From positions 23,317 to 87,316 of the IMG/VR virus record IMGVR_UViG_3300020047_004811: 64,000 nt of DNA; one strand, 5' to 3'. The stretch is from a virus (Duplodnaviria > Caudoviricetes). A model generated the notes under the pieces. The model made no database searches, had not been told where the DNA came from, and worked only from the letters and a program-made list of their open reading frames with translations. Positions 44,761 to 54,815 of this stretch are shown here, piece by piece. The number at the start of each line of letters is the position of its first letter. Positions within the stretch are counted from its first letter, which is position 1. The position numbers were made by a program, and so were the translations under genes.

Positions 44761-47700
44761 TTATTTTACCTTAGTAATTTTGACAACAGAATACACTTCA
44801 GAATCACCAAATCCAGCATTAGAGCCAAATCCGTTTGCTGACTTAGTTGTTGTTCCTCTATGTTGCAATTCAAATACTTTAGCTGCTGTAATTACAATAG
44901 TGCCTGATATAAATGAGGAATTAACAATAACATCGGCAGAACCGGCTGCTTCAACTGATCCAATAAGAGAATCCGTTGAGTCTGTGATATTTCTAATTTT
45001 AGCTTTATGAGAGTTAACTTGAAATGCTGGGGCTTTAGCTTCAATATAGTATTCTCCTGCTGGTAACGTGAATTGGTTACTAGCTAAGCTTGTTACAATT
45101 CCAGTACTATCAACTAAAGTATTTAGTGTTCTTGTTTGATAAGCACCTGAGGTAAATGTTCCTCCGTCTGTTGTAGCCGCTTTCACATCACTAATCGTAG
45201 CAAATCTTGGCTGAACTTGTGGAACGCCGACAAGAGCTGGGGATTTAGATGCGTCGATAAATATATAAACATCAGTAGCTGATGTTGATCCATCTTCTGC
45301 TGAGAAGGTTCTATTTGTGGATGATCCGCTTGGGTCTAGGGCAGCATCTAAAGTTAAAATACCCGTGAGTTCGTTATAATCCTTAACAGATAAACCTTTA
45401 AGGTTATTACTACCATTAAGTCCGGTATTATCTAAGGCGGCGGCGTTGGATTTTCCTGTAGCCGTATATCCCTTAACTGATACACCTTTAAATCCTTTAC
45501 CAATTTGAATCTGAACTACGGCGGGACTGGCTGCTGTACTAGTTGATGCAAAAACTCTTCCGAAGATACGGATACCATTCGTATTCATGTCTGAAGTTGT
45601 CTGGGTTGGGGCTGAGTTTGTTTGCGTCCTTACGTTTCCACCAGAAGCAACAGTATGAGTAATGAATGTACCGACCGGAGCATTGGATAATGTGGCAGGG
45701 GTATAGCTTCCAGAACCAGCATAGACTAGAGAAGCTGTATCTGTGCTAAAGCTTTCTGGGGCAGTTATAATAGCGGCGGAAGTCTTACCGACTCTAGATA
45801 TAGTAAACTGTGCCCGAGATGACACCGCGTTTGTCCCAGATGAGTGTGGACGAACAACATCCCTAGCATTTAAGTAACCCTGCCAAGAAGTTACTAGTAT
45901 ATTCTCGTCTGACCCTGATCCAATTTGACCAATTGCTAAGACTTCAGATTGGGTTAATGCTTCTATAGCAGTAGTTAAACTTGCTGAGTTTAGAGAAATA
46001 CCAGAAGTTGAAGATGTTGTTGCTTGGGAATCAGTAAAACTAATGTTATAGATTCCGGGGGTTTGAATTGTAAATGATGCACCGTTTGTTGCAGAGTCGG
46101 CGTACACTATATCAGAACCGATACTAGCTAATGTGGTTGTGAACCGTCTAATTTTAGTGGCAGTAGAACCATACCCATTTGCGGTGTTAACTCTAACCAT
46201 TGAATCGGTTTCAAATACGTTAGCGTAGAACGTAACATCGGAAGTAACTTGAACATCGTCAAACTGGAGTATCTTTCCAGAGTTAAGAGCTTTAACTTGA
46301 AAGCCAACTCTAATCTGGGTACAAGTGCTAGGAATAGAAATGTTGGCTCTATATACAGTAGAATTTGTTCCAGTAGATGGTAGTAAATTTGTGCTAGTTG
46401 TGAGTTTAGCAGAGTTTGTTACGTCCCAAACAATAGGTTCAATATCAGAACTAGTTCCATCGTATAGATAAGGAAATACTAAAGTCGCTTGGTTGCCCCG
46501 GAAGCGAATTGGAACTGACTGAACCGGAGAAGCGATATAATCATCTAGAGATGAAGCGGCTTGTGTATATTTATAAGAAGCGGTTCCATTAAGAGGAGAG
46601 CTTGTTTCTTTAACAAACGTACCGGCTAGTGTTCCGCCGCCGAGGAAAGTTGCGTTGTCACCAGTTGCCCAAGTAGATATAAGCTCAGAAGCATCAAGTT
46701 GAACAAATACATCGGGGGTTTGAGAGCCAGTTCCTGCTCCTGAACCACCAATTACTCTCCAACGAGAAGATGTTGCGTCATAGGATAGGAATAAAGATGC
46801 TTTGTCGGCAAGGTTAATACCAGCAGTTGTTCCAGTGTAGAAACGATTAGCTGCCGTAGCTCCAGTATCTTCGTTGATTGCAACCGTTGTACCAGTTGCG
46901 TTCTCAAGGATAAGCTCGCGGGCTGCGGTTCCAGAAGGAATGCCGTCAATAGATACTAGAGAAGCGTTTGTAAGACGAATTACTTTTGTTGTAGGAGCTG
47001 TAAGAGTTACGTTGGAGCCGGTTGCTGCATCGTTTGTGGATGCAAAGTTAATCAAAGCATCAAATTGTGCGTTCTTTGTTGACTGGAAAGAGCCTGTACC
47101 ATCTGGAGTAACAATTACATTACCGTTTGTATCAGTAGAAGAAATTGTATTACCATCAAGTCTAAGATTATCAGAATCAAGCTGAGTTAGCCCCGAAAGA
47201 GCACCAGCGTCAGAAAGAACGGCTGGAGAGCCATCTTGAATGACCTTACCTGTTGTACCATCGAATCGAACTATGTGGTTATCAGTAGAAGAAGCAGCTC
47301 CTGTAGCTTTTGTTTCAACTGAAGTTTCTAAAGCTTGAAAAGCTTCCTTATTATCGGAATTATCAGGAATTATAGAACCTGTAAAAGTGCCAAGGTCTGT
47401 AGCATTAGCAGCAACCCCGGACAGAGTAACTAGATCGTCGATGTCATCTTGATGTTCAGCAAATGCAGCCTGAGCTTCTGTAGCTGTTAGGTTTGCGATA
47501 GCTGCAACAGATATAGCAGAAGCATCATGGGCATCGATTGGGTCTGCAATATGGAAATATAGATCAGTGCCTACCATTTCAAGACTAGTTTCTAACGCTT
47601 GAAAGGCTTCTTTATTGTCCGAACCGTCTGGAATTGTGGTTCCTGTGAAGGTTCCTAGTGTTGTAGAGTTAGCTGGAACCCCAGATAGGGTAATTAGGTC

Positions 47701-48036
47701 GTCTACGTCAGTTTGAACTGCCCCAGAGGAATTATCTACATAGGTTTTTACAGCAAGAGCTGATGGAACTTTAGTGTTAGAGGCAGTTGCAAGAGTACCG
47801 TCGGTATCAATTGCAGTACCAGAGACTCCAGTATTAATGACTGGAGAAGTTAAGGTCTTATTTGTAAGTGTGGCAGTATGTGATTCAGTAACTACCGGAG
47901 AATTTGATGTTCCGTTATGAAATGAAAGTTTGCTTGTTGAGCTTGAAACCTCCATATCACCTAGACTATCAGAGGTTGAGGTAGCTTTTGCTACAATCTT
48001 TAAGCCCGCCCAGAATTTTTTGAAGTTGAGAGCCAT
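44761..48036 (-). CDS. tail fibre protein
   Basis: 1091 aa Thr/Ser/Ala-rich; TLTNKTLTSP, HIAD..AHDASAIS motifs; internal 44 aa duplication. Confidence 0.8.
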   Translation of the reverse strand: MALNFKKFWAGLKIVAKATSTSDSLGDMEVSSSTSKLSFHNGTSNSPVVTESHTATLTNKTLTSPVINTGVSGTAIDTDGTLATASNTKVPSALAVKTYVDNSSGAVQTDVDDLITLSGVPANSTTLGTFTGTTIPDGSDNKEAFQALETSLEMVGTDLYFHIADPIDAHDASAISVAAIANLTATEAQAAFAEHQDDIDDLVTLSGVAANATDLGTFTGSIIPDNSDNKEAFQALETSVETKATGAASSTDNHIVRFDGTTGKVIQDGSPAVLSDAGALSGLTQLDSDNLRLDGNTISSTDTNGNVIVTPDGTGSFQSTKNAQFDALINFASTNDAATGSNVTLTAPTTKVIRLTNASLVSIDGIPSGTAARELILENATGTTVAINEDTGATAANRFYTGTTAGINLADKASLFLSYDATSSRWRVIGGSGAGTGSQTPDVFVQLDASELISTWATGDNATFLGGGTLAGTFVKETSSPLNGTASYKYTQAASSLDDYIASPVQSVPIRFRGNQATLVFPYLYDGTSSDIEPIVWDVTNSAKLTTSTNLLPSTGTNSTVYRANISIPSTCTQIRVGFQVKALNSGKILQFDDVQVTSDVTFYANVFETDSMVRVNTANGYGSTATKIRRFTTTLASIGSDIVYADSATNGASFTIQTPGIYNISFTDSQATTSSTSGISLNSASLTTAIEALTQSEVLAIGQIGSGSDENILVTSWQGYLNARDVVRPHSSGTNAVSSRAQFTISRVGKTSAAIITAPESFSTDTASLVYAGSGSYTPATLSNAPVGTFITHTVASGGNVRTQTNSAPTQTTSDMNTNGIRIFGRVFASTSTAASPAVVQIQIGKGFKGVSVKGYTATGKSNAAALDNTGLNGSNNLKGLSVKDYNELTGILTLDAALDPSGSSTNRTFSAEDGSTSATDVYIFIDASKSPALVGVPQVQPRFATISDVKAATTDGGTFTSGAYQTRTLNTLVDSTGIVTSLASNQFTLPAGEYYIEAKAPAFQVNSHKAKIRNITDSTDSLIGSVEAAGSADVIVNSSFISGTIVITAAKVFELQHRGTTTKSANGFGSNAGFGDSEVYSVVKITKVK

Positions 48037-48051
48037 TATAAGTCCTTGTAA

Positions 48052-48552
48052 TTACGAATTTAAAACTGAAATAGCTCTATAAGAGACAATCCCGGTGTGG
48101 TTTGTTCCAGTTAGAGCTGTGGTACTAAACCTAATCTGCCCAGCATCTGTGATATTAAAATCAATAGATGCATCACTTGCCCCACTTCTAACTAGCTCCC
48201 ACTTTTCAGTTACAGCTCGATCATCGTTGAAATTAATTTCCAGAGTTCCGGCTTCGACTACTTCCTGACCATCAGGAGGACCAGAGTTGTCTGTTTTACG
48301 ATAAACAGTATAATATACAGTGGCAGCACGAACATCTGAGCTTGGAAATGATAGATTGTTAATGTCGACGTTGGTAGATGAGTTATTTGCGTCGATGTTT
48401 TGGACCTGTGGGGCAACATCAAATGTTGCTGTAACTGAGTTTACGGCGTCTGCAAGAGCTTGAAAGGCTTCTATGATAGCCGGGGCCCAGTTTGGGCTTG
48501 CACCAGAGTTAGGGATGTTGATTTCCGTCCCTTTAATAGTAATAATCGGCAT
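48052..48552 (-). CDS. virion structural protein
   Basis: GGAG SD; between capsid and fibre genes. Confidence 0.65.
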   Translation of the reverse strand: MPIITIKGTEINIPNSGASPNWAPAIIEAFQALADAVNSVTATFDVAPQVQNIDANNSSTNVDINNLSFPSSDVRAATVYYTVYRKTDNSGPPDGQEVVEAGTLEINFNDDRAVTEKWELVRSGASDASIDFNITDAGQIRFSTTALTGTNHTGIVSYRAISVLNS

Positions 48553-48585
48553 ATGTCTCCGGATTAGGTAGAATAATACATACAG

Positions 48586-48594
48586 AGTTGTTAA
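48586..48594 (-). promoter_or_regulatory. TTAACAACT motif
   Basis: Just downstream of the capsid terminator, 33 nt upstream of gene start 48552. Confidence 0.75.
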
Positions 48595-48613
48595 TATCTA
48601 TATCTAAACCAAT

Positions 48614-48644
48614 AAAAAAAGGGCCCCCAGAACGGGAGCCCCTT
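48614..48644 (-). terminator. rho-independent terminator after major capsid gene
   Basis: Minus strand AAGGGGCTCCC-GTTCT-GGGGGCCC followed by T7. Confidence 0.85.
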
Positions 48645-48668
48645 GTGTAGGATAACTACTAGGAATCA

Positions 48669-49913
48669 TTAAGCAGCGTTTACGATACCAGAGATGAGGA
48701 CGTTCTTACCCGGAGCCATACAGAATACAGCTTGATCAGTGTAAAGACGAAGCTCATAAGCAGCAGCATTCTCAAGGTCACGGAAGAACTCGTCTCCGTA
48801 GCCCGGACGTTTGAAGCTGATATCAGAAGAACCAACACGCATAAACTCTTCAAGAGCGAGACCGTAAGCATAACCTTCTTTGATATAGATCGAAGGAATG
48901 ATTTCAAGCTCACCGTTCTGAGAGTGGAACTTCAGAGACTTAGCGCCGTTTTGGAGTTGAGCAGAAGTATACGATTGATCATACATACGGAGAGCAGCTT
49001 GATCATTAAGAAGATCAGCCCAACCACGAGGGTTTACGAAGTATGTAAGTTTGCTATCGAGACCTTTCTCAACAGGGCGAGAAGAAGCTTTTGTAAGCTT
49101 AGCGAAAGAAAGAGCACCTGCAGCTCCGTAAGTGTTACCTTTCCAGAGGTTATAAGTACCAGCGTTGATATTGAACAGTGTACCAGTGTTTGTAAGAATC
49201 TTGTGGATACCAGCAAACTCGTTACCGTAAGCACCTTTATGGTAGATTACGTCTGTAGCAACAACACCAGCAGCTTGAGCTGAAGCGTTAAGAGTCAGAG
49301 TACGAGCGTCCATATCAACAGAAGCGATAGTGAACTCACCGCGTGAAGTTGCGCCTGTTACGTCGCGAATTTCAATTGGCATACCTTCTCCGCCTGCCCA
49401 AATTCCCGGAGCCCATTCAGCAGTAGTAATTGTAACTACAGTTGTAACGGCAGCAGAAACAGTACCGTAACCAACCTGACCATAAAGGAGGTGGATTTCG
49501 AGTTTCTTAGACATAGAGCGAAGCATGTTAGCAACGATATATTTCGTAGCGTCCATGAAAGCGTTTTTTCCGCCAACAGAGCGAGAAGCAGCAGAATAGC
49601 CGAGAAGTGAACGCATAACCATTGGGTTACCGCGAACTTGGGCGTCTCTGATTTGTCCAGCGACTGGTGGGTTAAGGTTGAAGGCGTCATCGTCAGAAGA
49701 AGCGAAAGTAACACCGTGCTCCATACCGAGAATAACTGGTTGGTGGAACAGGTTTCCGCCTTGCTTGTCTTTCCCGATGAATTTAATCATATTAACGAGT
49801 TTAAGACCTTCAGGGATAAGTTCTTGAAGTTTGTCGGCATATACTTCTTTGAAGAAACCATTTAGGTTTCCAACGGTATTGTCCGGAGTTGAAAATTTGT
49901 TAGCAGTAGCCAT
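48669..49913 (-). CDS. major capsid protein
   Basis: 414 aa; follows scaffold; strong terminator; biased codons (GCT, TTC, TAC). Confidence 0.8.
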   Translation of the reverse strand: MATANKFSTPDNTVGNLNGFFKEVYADKLQELIPEGLKLVNMIKFIGKDKQGGNLFHQPVILGMEHGVTFASSDDDAFNLNPPVAGQIRDAQVRGNPMVMRSLLGYSAASRSVGGKNAFMDATKYIVANMLRSMSKKLEIHLLYGQVGYGTVSAAVTTVVTITTAEWAPGIWAGGEGMPIEIRDVTGATSRGEFTIASVDMDARTLTLNASAQAAGVVATDVIYHKGAYGNEFAGIHKILTNTGTLFNINAGTYNLWKGNTYGAAGALSFAKLTKASSRPVEKGLDSKLTYFVNPRGWADLLNDQAALRMYDQSYTSAQLQNGAKSLKFHSQNGELEIIPSIYIKEGYAYGLALEEFMRVGSSDISFKRPGYGDEFFRDLENAAAYELRLYTDQAVFCMAPGKNVLISGIVNAA

Positions 49914-49943
49914 AAAAATTGATCCTTTTTAGTTTTGTTAAAA

Positions 49944-50276
49944 TTATTCAGCGACTTTATAACGGAAGATAACAACGTGGTCAGCAGCACCAGTTCCGTT
50001 TACTGTTACAGAAATTTTCTGAGCAACAGCAAGGGATGGGGCAGCAGCCGTAGCAAGAATTGCTCCGGTAGCACGGTTACGAACTTCACATAATGAAGCA
50101 GATGAAACGGTTTCGCCAACAGTAAGAGTAATTACTGAAGATGCGATTGTTGAGTTGTCGATAGCGATGATGCCGGGAGCGTCAGACGTTCCTGCTGCGA
50201 TATTGACTGTGGCACAGACTTCTTGAATTTCAAGCTGGCGGCCAAGAACCAGTGAATCTTTTGCTTGGTAAGACAT
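49944..50276 (-). CDS. small head (decoration-like) protein
   Basis: AAGGA SD; between scaffold and capsid genes; beta-rich. Confidence 0.6.
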   Translation of the reverse strand: MSYQAKDSLVLGRQLEIQEVCATVNIAAGTSDAPGIIAIDNSTIASSVITLTVGETVSSASLCEVRNRATGAILATAAAPSLAVAQKISVTVNGTGAADHVVIFRYKVAE

Positions 50277-50425
50277 ATTTATCCTTTTTTGTTTATATTA
50301 TTTGAACGAATCTATCTTCTTTTGCCAGTCCGATATGTTGGTACAGTCAAATTCTTCCTTGGTTTAGGTCGAACGGCACTGATCTAATATCATTTCAGCT
50401 AAATACAATAGCTTAGTACACACAA

Positions 50426-50434
50426 AGTTGTTAA
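50426..50434 (-). promoter_or_regulatory. TTAACAACT motif
   Basis: Intergenic, about 150 nt upstream of gene start 50276. Confidence 0.7.
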
Positions 50435-50486
50435 AAAACTAGGGATATACATAAATAAATTACATATATCCCATAAAATCAGTTAG

Positions 50487-51398
50487 TTAAACACCAAAGA
50501 AGTCGCGCATTGTTTGTTTTTTAGCTTCTTCTTTCTTTTGTTCGGTGGTTTTTGCCACATCCTTAACTGCAGTTTTCAGAGGAATCGGAGCTTTAGCTGT
50601 AGCCTTGCGGTGAGTTCTAAGTTTACCAAGGGTATCCTTCCCGAGAATCTGTTCGATAACCTCAGCAGGCATCGCCCCAAACATTTCTGAGATATCTGCA
50701 TGGATTTCTTGACGAATCAGAGGAATTACATCCTTAGGATCAACATCAATTCCATTTTCCACAGCCATAAGCATATATTCTGTCATCTTTTTAACAACAT
50801 ATGGAGATTTAGGTAGGTCAGATGTCTCGATTGCTGAAGACATAAGACTATCGTAACGCTCATATTCCCGTTCTGTGAGTCTTTCAAGCTCACGAGCTTC
50901 GGCAGTTTTCTTTTCTTGTTCTCTTTCCGACATCATTTCCTGAAGTTTAGCCTCAGCCTCTTCAGCTCTGAGCTGTTCAGGACTCTTTTGTGACCTTTCG
51001 ATCTCTTCTTGAAGGATAGAAGCGGCTAACTCTTTAATATCTAGCCCAATTGCTGGATTTTGCAGAGCTTTTTTAGGATTTTTGCGCAATTCTTGAATAA
51101 AAGCACCAACCTCATTCTCTAACTGGGCATATTCCCGAGATTTGTGGTCAGCAAGCATTGCTTTTTGACGTTGGGCAGCTATCCAACCTGCGTGTTCTTC
51201 ATCAATTTCAAACGGTAGGTCTTCAACGAAATCTTTTCCGTTAAATTTACCCTTAATTTGCTTGACTTTTTTCTTGACAGGGGCAACTTCTACTTGGGAG
51301 GGACTTTCTTCTCCGTCTTCAGACCCGAGAACCTCGGAACTAGAGACTTCTTCTGACGCAGATGCATTGGAGCCTTCGGCTCCTGATTCAATAGACAT
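50487..51398 (-). CDS. capsid scaffolding protein
   Basis: Acidic N-terminus and long coiled coil; upstream of the capsid gene. Confidence 0.75.
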   Translation of the reverse strand: MSIESGAEGSNASASEEVSSSEVLGSEDGEESPSQVEVAPVKKKVKQIKGKFNGKDFVEDLPFEIDEEHAGWIAAQRQKAMLADHKSREYAQLENEVGAFIQELRKNPKKALQNPAIGLDIKELAASILQEEIERSQKSPEQLRAEEAEAKLQEMMSEREQEKKTAEARELERLTEREYERYDSLMSSAIETSDLPKSPYVVKKMTEYMLMAVENGIDVDPKDVIPLIRQEIHADISEMFGAMPAEVIEQILGKDTLGKLRTHRKATAKAPIPLKTAVKDVAKTTEQKKEEAKKQTMRDFFGV

Positions 51399-51408
51399 AA
51401 ATTTCCTT

Positions 51409-51465
51409 TTCTCCGTCCCTAAAATGGGATGGGAAATAAGCTAACCGTCCGTAATTGGATGGGTT
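51409..51465 (-). promoter_or_regulatory. tandem hairpin pair in scaffold 5' UTR
   Basis: CCCATCC..GGACGG occurs twice, each copy self-pairing. Confidence 0.55.
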
Positions 51466-51673
51466 ATTGTATTAAGTTGTTAATCCAAGCTAAAGCTTGT
51501 TCGAATGTACCCGGTCTCTTCATTTCTACGATATAAGCACCGGCTGATAAATTAAGAATAGTAGAAATACTAAACGCAATTCTATATCTTTTTAGCTTTT
51601 TACGCCCGGGCAACATCTTTTTAGGGACGCGATTATCGGGTAAATTCTTATCTCGAACTCTAAGTTTAGCCAT
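51464..51673 (-). CDS. small basic protein with one TM segment
   Basis: Packed ORF. Confidence 0.55.
   Translation of the reverse strand: MAKLRVRDKNLPDNRVPKKMLPGRKKLKRYRIAFSISTILNLSAGAYIVEMKRPGTFEQALAWINNLIQ
51475..51483 (-). promoter_or_regulatory. TTAACAACT motif
   Basis: 76 nt upstream of the scaffold start. Confidence 0.7.
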
Positions 51674-51676
51674 ATA

Positions 51677-54511
51677 TTACAACGCCGCTGGTATTAGGTT
51701 GGTATTCACTTTAATCTCTTCTAAAGTATCCTCTTTTGCTATCTCTGTAGATGCTTCTATCTCAATGAGAGTAGGTAGATCGTTAAGTGTGGCTCCGGTA
51801 CTTCCTGCCGTTAAATGGCCTGAAATAGCTTCATCCCATACTGCATCGGCAATCTGTGAAGTAGTTGGAACACTATCAAGACCAATAACATAAACTTGGT
51901 TTCGCCAAACTATATCTATCCCGCCGCCCCCACTCGTTGGGTTACGAACCGGATACGCATCGTCATCTCTAAAAATCCTCACGTTATCGTTTTGGAATAC
52001 GTTGTCTGTTGTTGTGTTATCAAAATACAAATCAACAACCGAACTATTTATAATAATATTTCCAGCATCAATAGCCTCAATAGCTCCGTAAAATTCTCTA
52101 ACTCCGCCTTCGGTTGTTAGATTGTAGTTGAACCAATTGTAAAATTCGGCAGCAGAGAAGTTAGTAGCGACAATCAAATCAACTTCATCGTCTGCGTAAT
52201 CTGCTGTAAATTTAGTAACGGTTGCACCGTCTACTCCATAAGTTGTATAAACTGGGTCAACGGTTTGAGGCGCAAGGAAACTAATACCTCCGGTAGTAAA
52301 AATAGCAGAAGTTTCAAAAGGTAAATAACCCTTTTTACACACTCTAATTCTTATCGTGTCTCCCGGTGTTGCTTCGGTAGTTACTCCGTACGAGTAGGAA
52401 GTGCCAGTTTCGAATACATTCTCTATCTCTGTTGTAGTCGTTACGTTATATAGTTGAATCCTTGAGTTTGCTAAAACTGTTGCCGTGACAGGTATGGGTG
52501 ATGTATTAATTACCGTGGATGCTCCTGTCCCGTTTCTATAAGTAGGAATTGAATCCCCAGCCCCTAGATTTAAAGTAACAAGCCCACCTGAGTTATTATA
52601 AATCGCTGCGTCTGTAGTGGTATCTGCACCATAACCAGAGAAGCTATTCCCTTCAAAACTAAATGTACCTATATCGGTTATTTCAATAGCGTGACCTGTG
52701 CCGGGACTAGTGAATGATGAATCAGTAATATTTGACGGGTCGTCAGTTACCATCGGTTCGCAATCAATAATCTGACAAGCGTCCACTCCACCACCATTGA
52801 GAATAAAAGCACAGTTTTTAAATGTTGCTTCATTGAAATTCATTACATCGTTTTTCACAAGCCAATTAATGAGAGAACTTCCTGAAAAGTTATAAGTAGC
52901 ACTCGGGTCACTTGATGGATAAATGATAAAAATTTGCCTTGTATCCGTAGCAAGAACACATGATGTGAAATTAATTGTATCGTTAGCACTTGCTAAAATA
53001 TCAAACTCACATGAATCGCTTTCTGGGTTTACTTTCCAGAATCTTCTTGCCATAGATGAGTTATATGACAGTGGGGTTTCAAGAGAGTTTGCTGAGTAAT
53101 CTAGATAGCTTTTTTGTGATCCGTTTCCATATCTAATACCAGCACGAACTAAAGCCTGTCCTTTACCTTGAACTGTTGCTGATTGGTATGGTCCATGTCC
53201 TGTAAAGAAGTTTTGGAGCTTCCCAGCGGTCAGAGGGTCCCCAGGACAACCACCAGCTACTTGCACTTTATCGTAAAGTAAAAAGTTTTGAACCCTTAAT
53301 ATCATTGCCGTCGCATCTGTAGTGATACGATGGTACATGAAGGCAACTCTCGTAATGTCGGTTAAATCAATCGTGCCGCCGCTGTCGAAAGGTGTATAAG
53401 CAGTATCTAGGTGAAAAACCCCATGTACGTTTGCTATAAGTCCTTGTCTTTGAGTTACTTGGTGGGCTACCCAGTTACCGCTACTGTCTTCTAGATATAG
53501 TATTACCCCTTTAATTCCGAAACGTGCGGTTGTTACCGTGTTCATATTAAATTCAAGGTGAATTGTTCTTCCTAAAAAACTAGTTGATGTTATTGTGTGT
53601 GTAGCACCTACCCATCTACCTGATGCATCTATAGCAGATTCAGCTACAGAGATACCAGTCATAGTACCCCAAGGTTGCTGAGTAGACTGAGAATTGACTT
53701 CAGTAAAAGCATTATTTAAAACCGTAGTTCCATTGATACTTGTTGCTGAGATATTAGATAGTGTTTGCCAAGTAATACCGTCATGGCGGATAAAAGCTGC
53801 ATCAGTAGAAATGAATCCGGTTGTACCACCATATCTTTTTACGACTTCATAGGCATATTGAACCGTCGGACTTAATTCAGCGGTAGTCGGGCTTGCATCT
53901 GCAATTGCTACTGTCCAAACAGTTCCACCTTCGGAAGCTGATTCCGATAAGTACTGTACGGCAGTTGATGTACTTGCTGAAAGTTGATTCCAGAATGTTA
54001 AAAGTCCTACTGTGTTTGATCTATCTTTAAAGATTGGGGTCACCTGCGAAGGGTCTTGTGGGGTAAGTTTAAAAGTCCCATCAAAATGAATAAAACTAAA
54101 TACTAAACACCCATCTACCGTTGTTGTAACTGTTCCAGAGGTTAATGAACTACTTGTTGAGTTGGCTGAATCGGTTTTATTATAAGCATTTATAGGGGTT
54201 GTCTGGTCAGCACCGCGAACTACGGTGGTAAACACAAGCCAAGCGTTATTTGCTCCTGTGAATGTCACGTCAGGTTCGGCACTTGAAGTAGCAAGTCTCC
54301 AATAAACAACGGCTCTTTGTGCCTGTGCTGCCGCCTGAGCACCACTCACTAAATTCCATCCGCTTGCTGCGGTTGTAATGTTTGTTGCTCCTGTATCTTG
54401 ACCGATAAACATGAGAATCAGATCGTTCGCTTGGTGACCGGGCGGTATGGAAACATCTACCGTTGTTTGTGCAGCTTCAATGGTTGTATCTTGCGCGACT
54501 ATGTATGCCAT
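51677..54511 (-). CDS. large beta-rich virion fibre/adhesin-like protein
   Basis: 944 aa Thr/Ser-rich multidomain protein; AGGA SD. Confidence 0.65.
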   Translation of the reverse strand: MAYIVAQDTTIEAAQTTVDVSIPPGHQANDLILMFIGQDTGATNITTAASGWNLVSGAQAAAQAQRAVVYWRLATSSAEPDVTFTGANNAWLVFTTVVRGADQTTPINAYNKTDSANSTSSSLTSGTVTTTVDGCLVFSFIHFDGTFKLTPQDPSQVTPIFKDRSNTVGLLTFWNQLSASTSTAVQYLSESASEGGTVWTVAIADASPTTAELSPTVQYAYEVVKRYGGTTGFISTDAAFIRHDGITWQTLSNISATSINGTTVLNNAFTEVNSQSTQQPWGTMTGISVAESAIDASGRWVGATHTITSTSFLGRTIHLEFNMNTVTTARFGIKGVILYLEDSSGNWVAHQVTQRQGLIANVHGVFHLDTAYTPFDSGGTIDLTDITRVAFMYHRITTDATAMILRVQNFLLYDKVQVAGGCPGDPLTAGKLQNFFTGHGPYQSATVQGKGQALVRAGIRYGNGSQKSYLDYSANSLETPLSYNSSMARRFWKVNPESDSCEFDILASANDTINFTSCVLATDTRQIFIIYPSSDPSATYNFSGSSLINWLVKNDVMNFNEATFKNCAFILNGGGVDACQIIDCEPMVTDDPSNITDSSFTSPGTGHAIEITDIGTFSFEGNSFSGYGADTTTDAAIYNNSGGLVTLNLGAGDSIPTYRNGTGASTVINTSPIPVTATVLANSRIQLYNVTTTTEIENVFETGTSYSYGVTTEATPGDTIRIRVCKKGYLPFETSAIFTTGGISFLAPQTVDPVYTTYGVDGATVTKFTADYADDEVDLIVATNFSAAEFYNWFNYNLTTEGGVREFYGAIEAIDAGNIIINSSVVDLYFDNTTTDNVFQNDNVRIFRDDDAYPVRNPTSGGGGIDIVWRNQVYVIGLDSVPTTSQIADAVWDEAISGHLTAGSTGATLNDLPTLIEIEASTEIAKEDTLEEIKVNTNLIPAAL

Positions 54512-54518
54512 GTTTTTC

Positions 54519-54815
54519 CTATGAGTAAGTAATCGAAGTTAGTTTTGGGCCTGTGTATACTAGGGTCTTAACAAGGTTGATCCCTCCGGGCGTATTACCG
54601 CTCAACGTAACAGATGTTAGTTGGTCGCCGGTATAAGCCAGAGTTTTTACGATAGTATCAACACCGTCGGTGTATGAAATAGAAGTTAGCTTATCTCCGG
54701 TATAAGTAAGAGTGTAGTTCCATGCTTTTAAATTTTTATTAACACTTTCAAAGCTTACAGTATCATCCCCGACAACATCAAGTTTTCCTGTAAACACATT
54801 GAATTTATATGGCAT
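54519..54815 (-). CDS. small virion protein with beta-hairpin repeats
   Basis: Repeated (L/Y)xYTGDxLTS(I/V). Confidence 0.6.
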   Translation of the reverse strand: MPYKFNVFTGKLDVVGDDTVSFESVNKNLKAWNYTLTYTGDKLTSISYTDGVDTIVKTLAYTGDQLTSVTLSGNTPGGINLVKTLVYTGPKLTSITYS

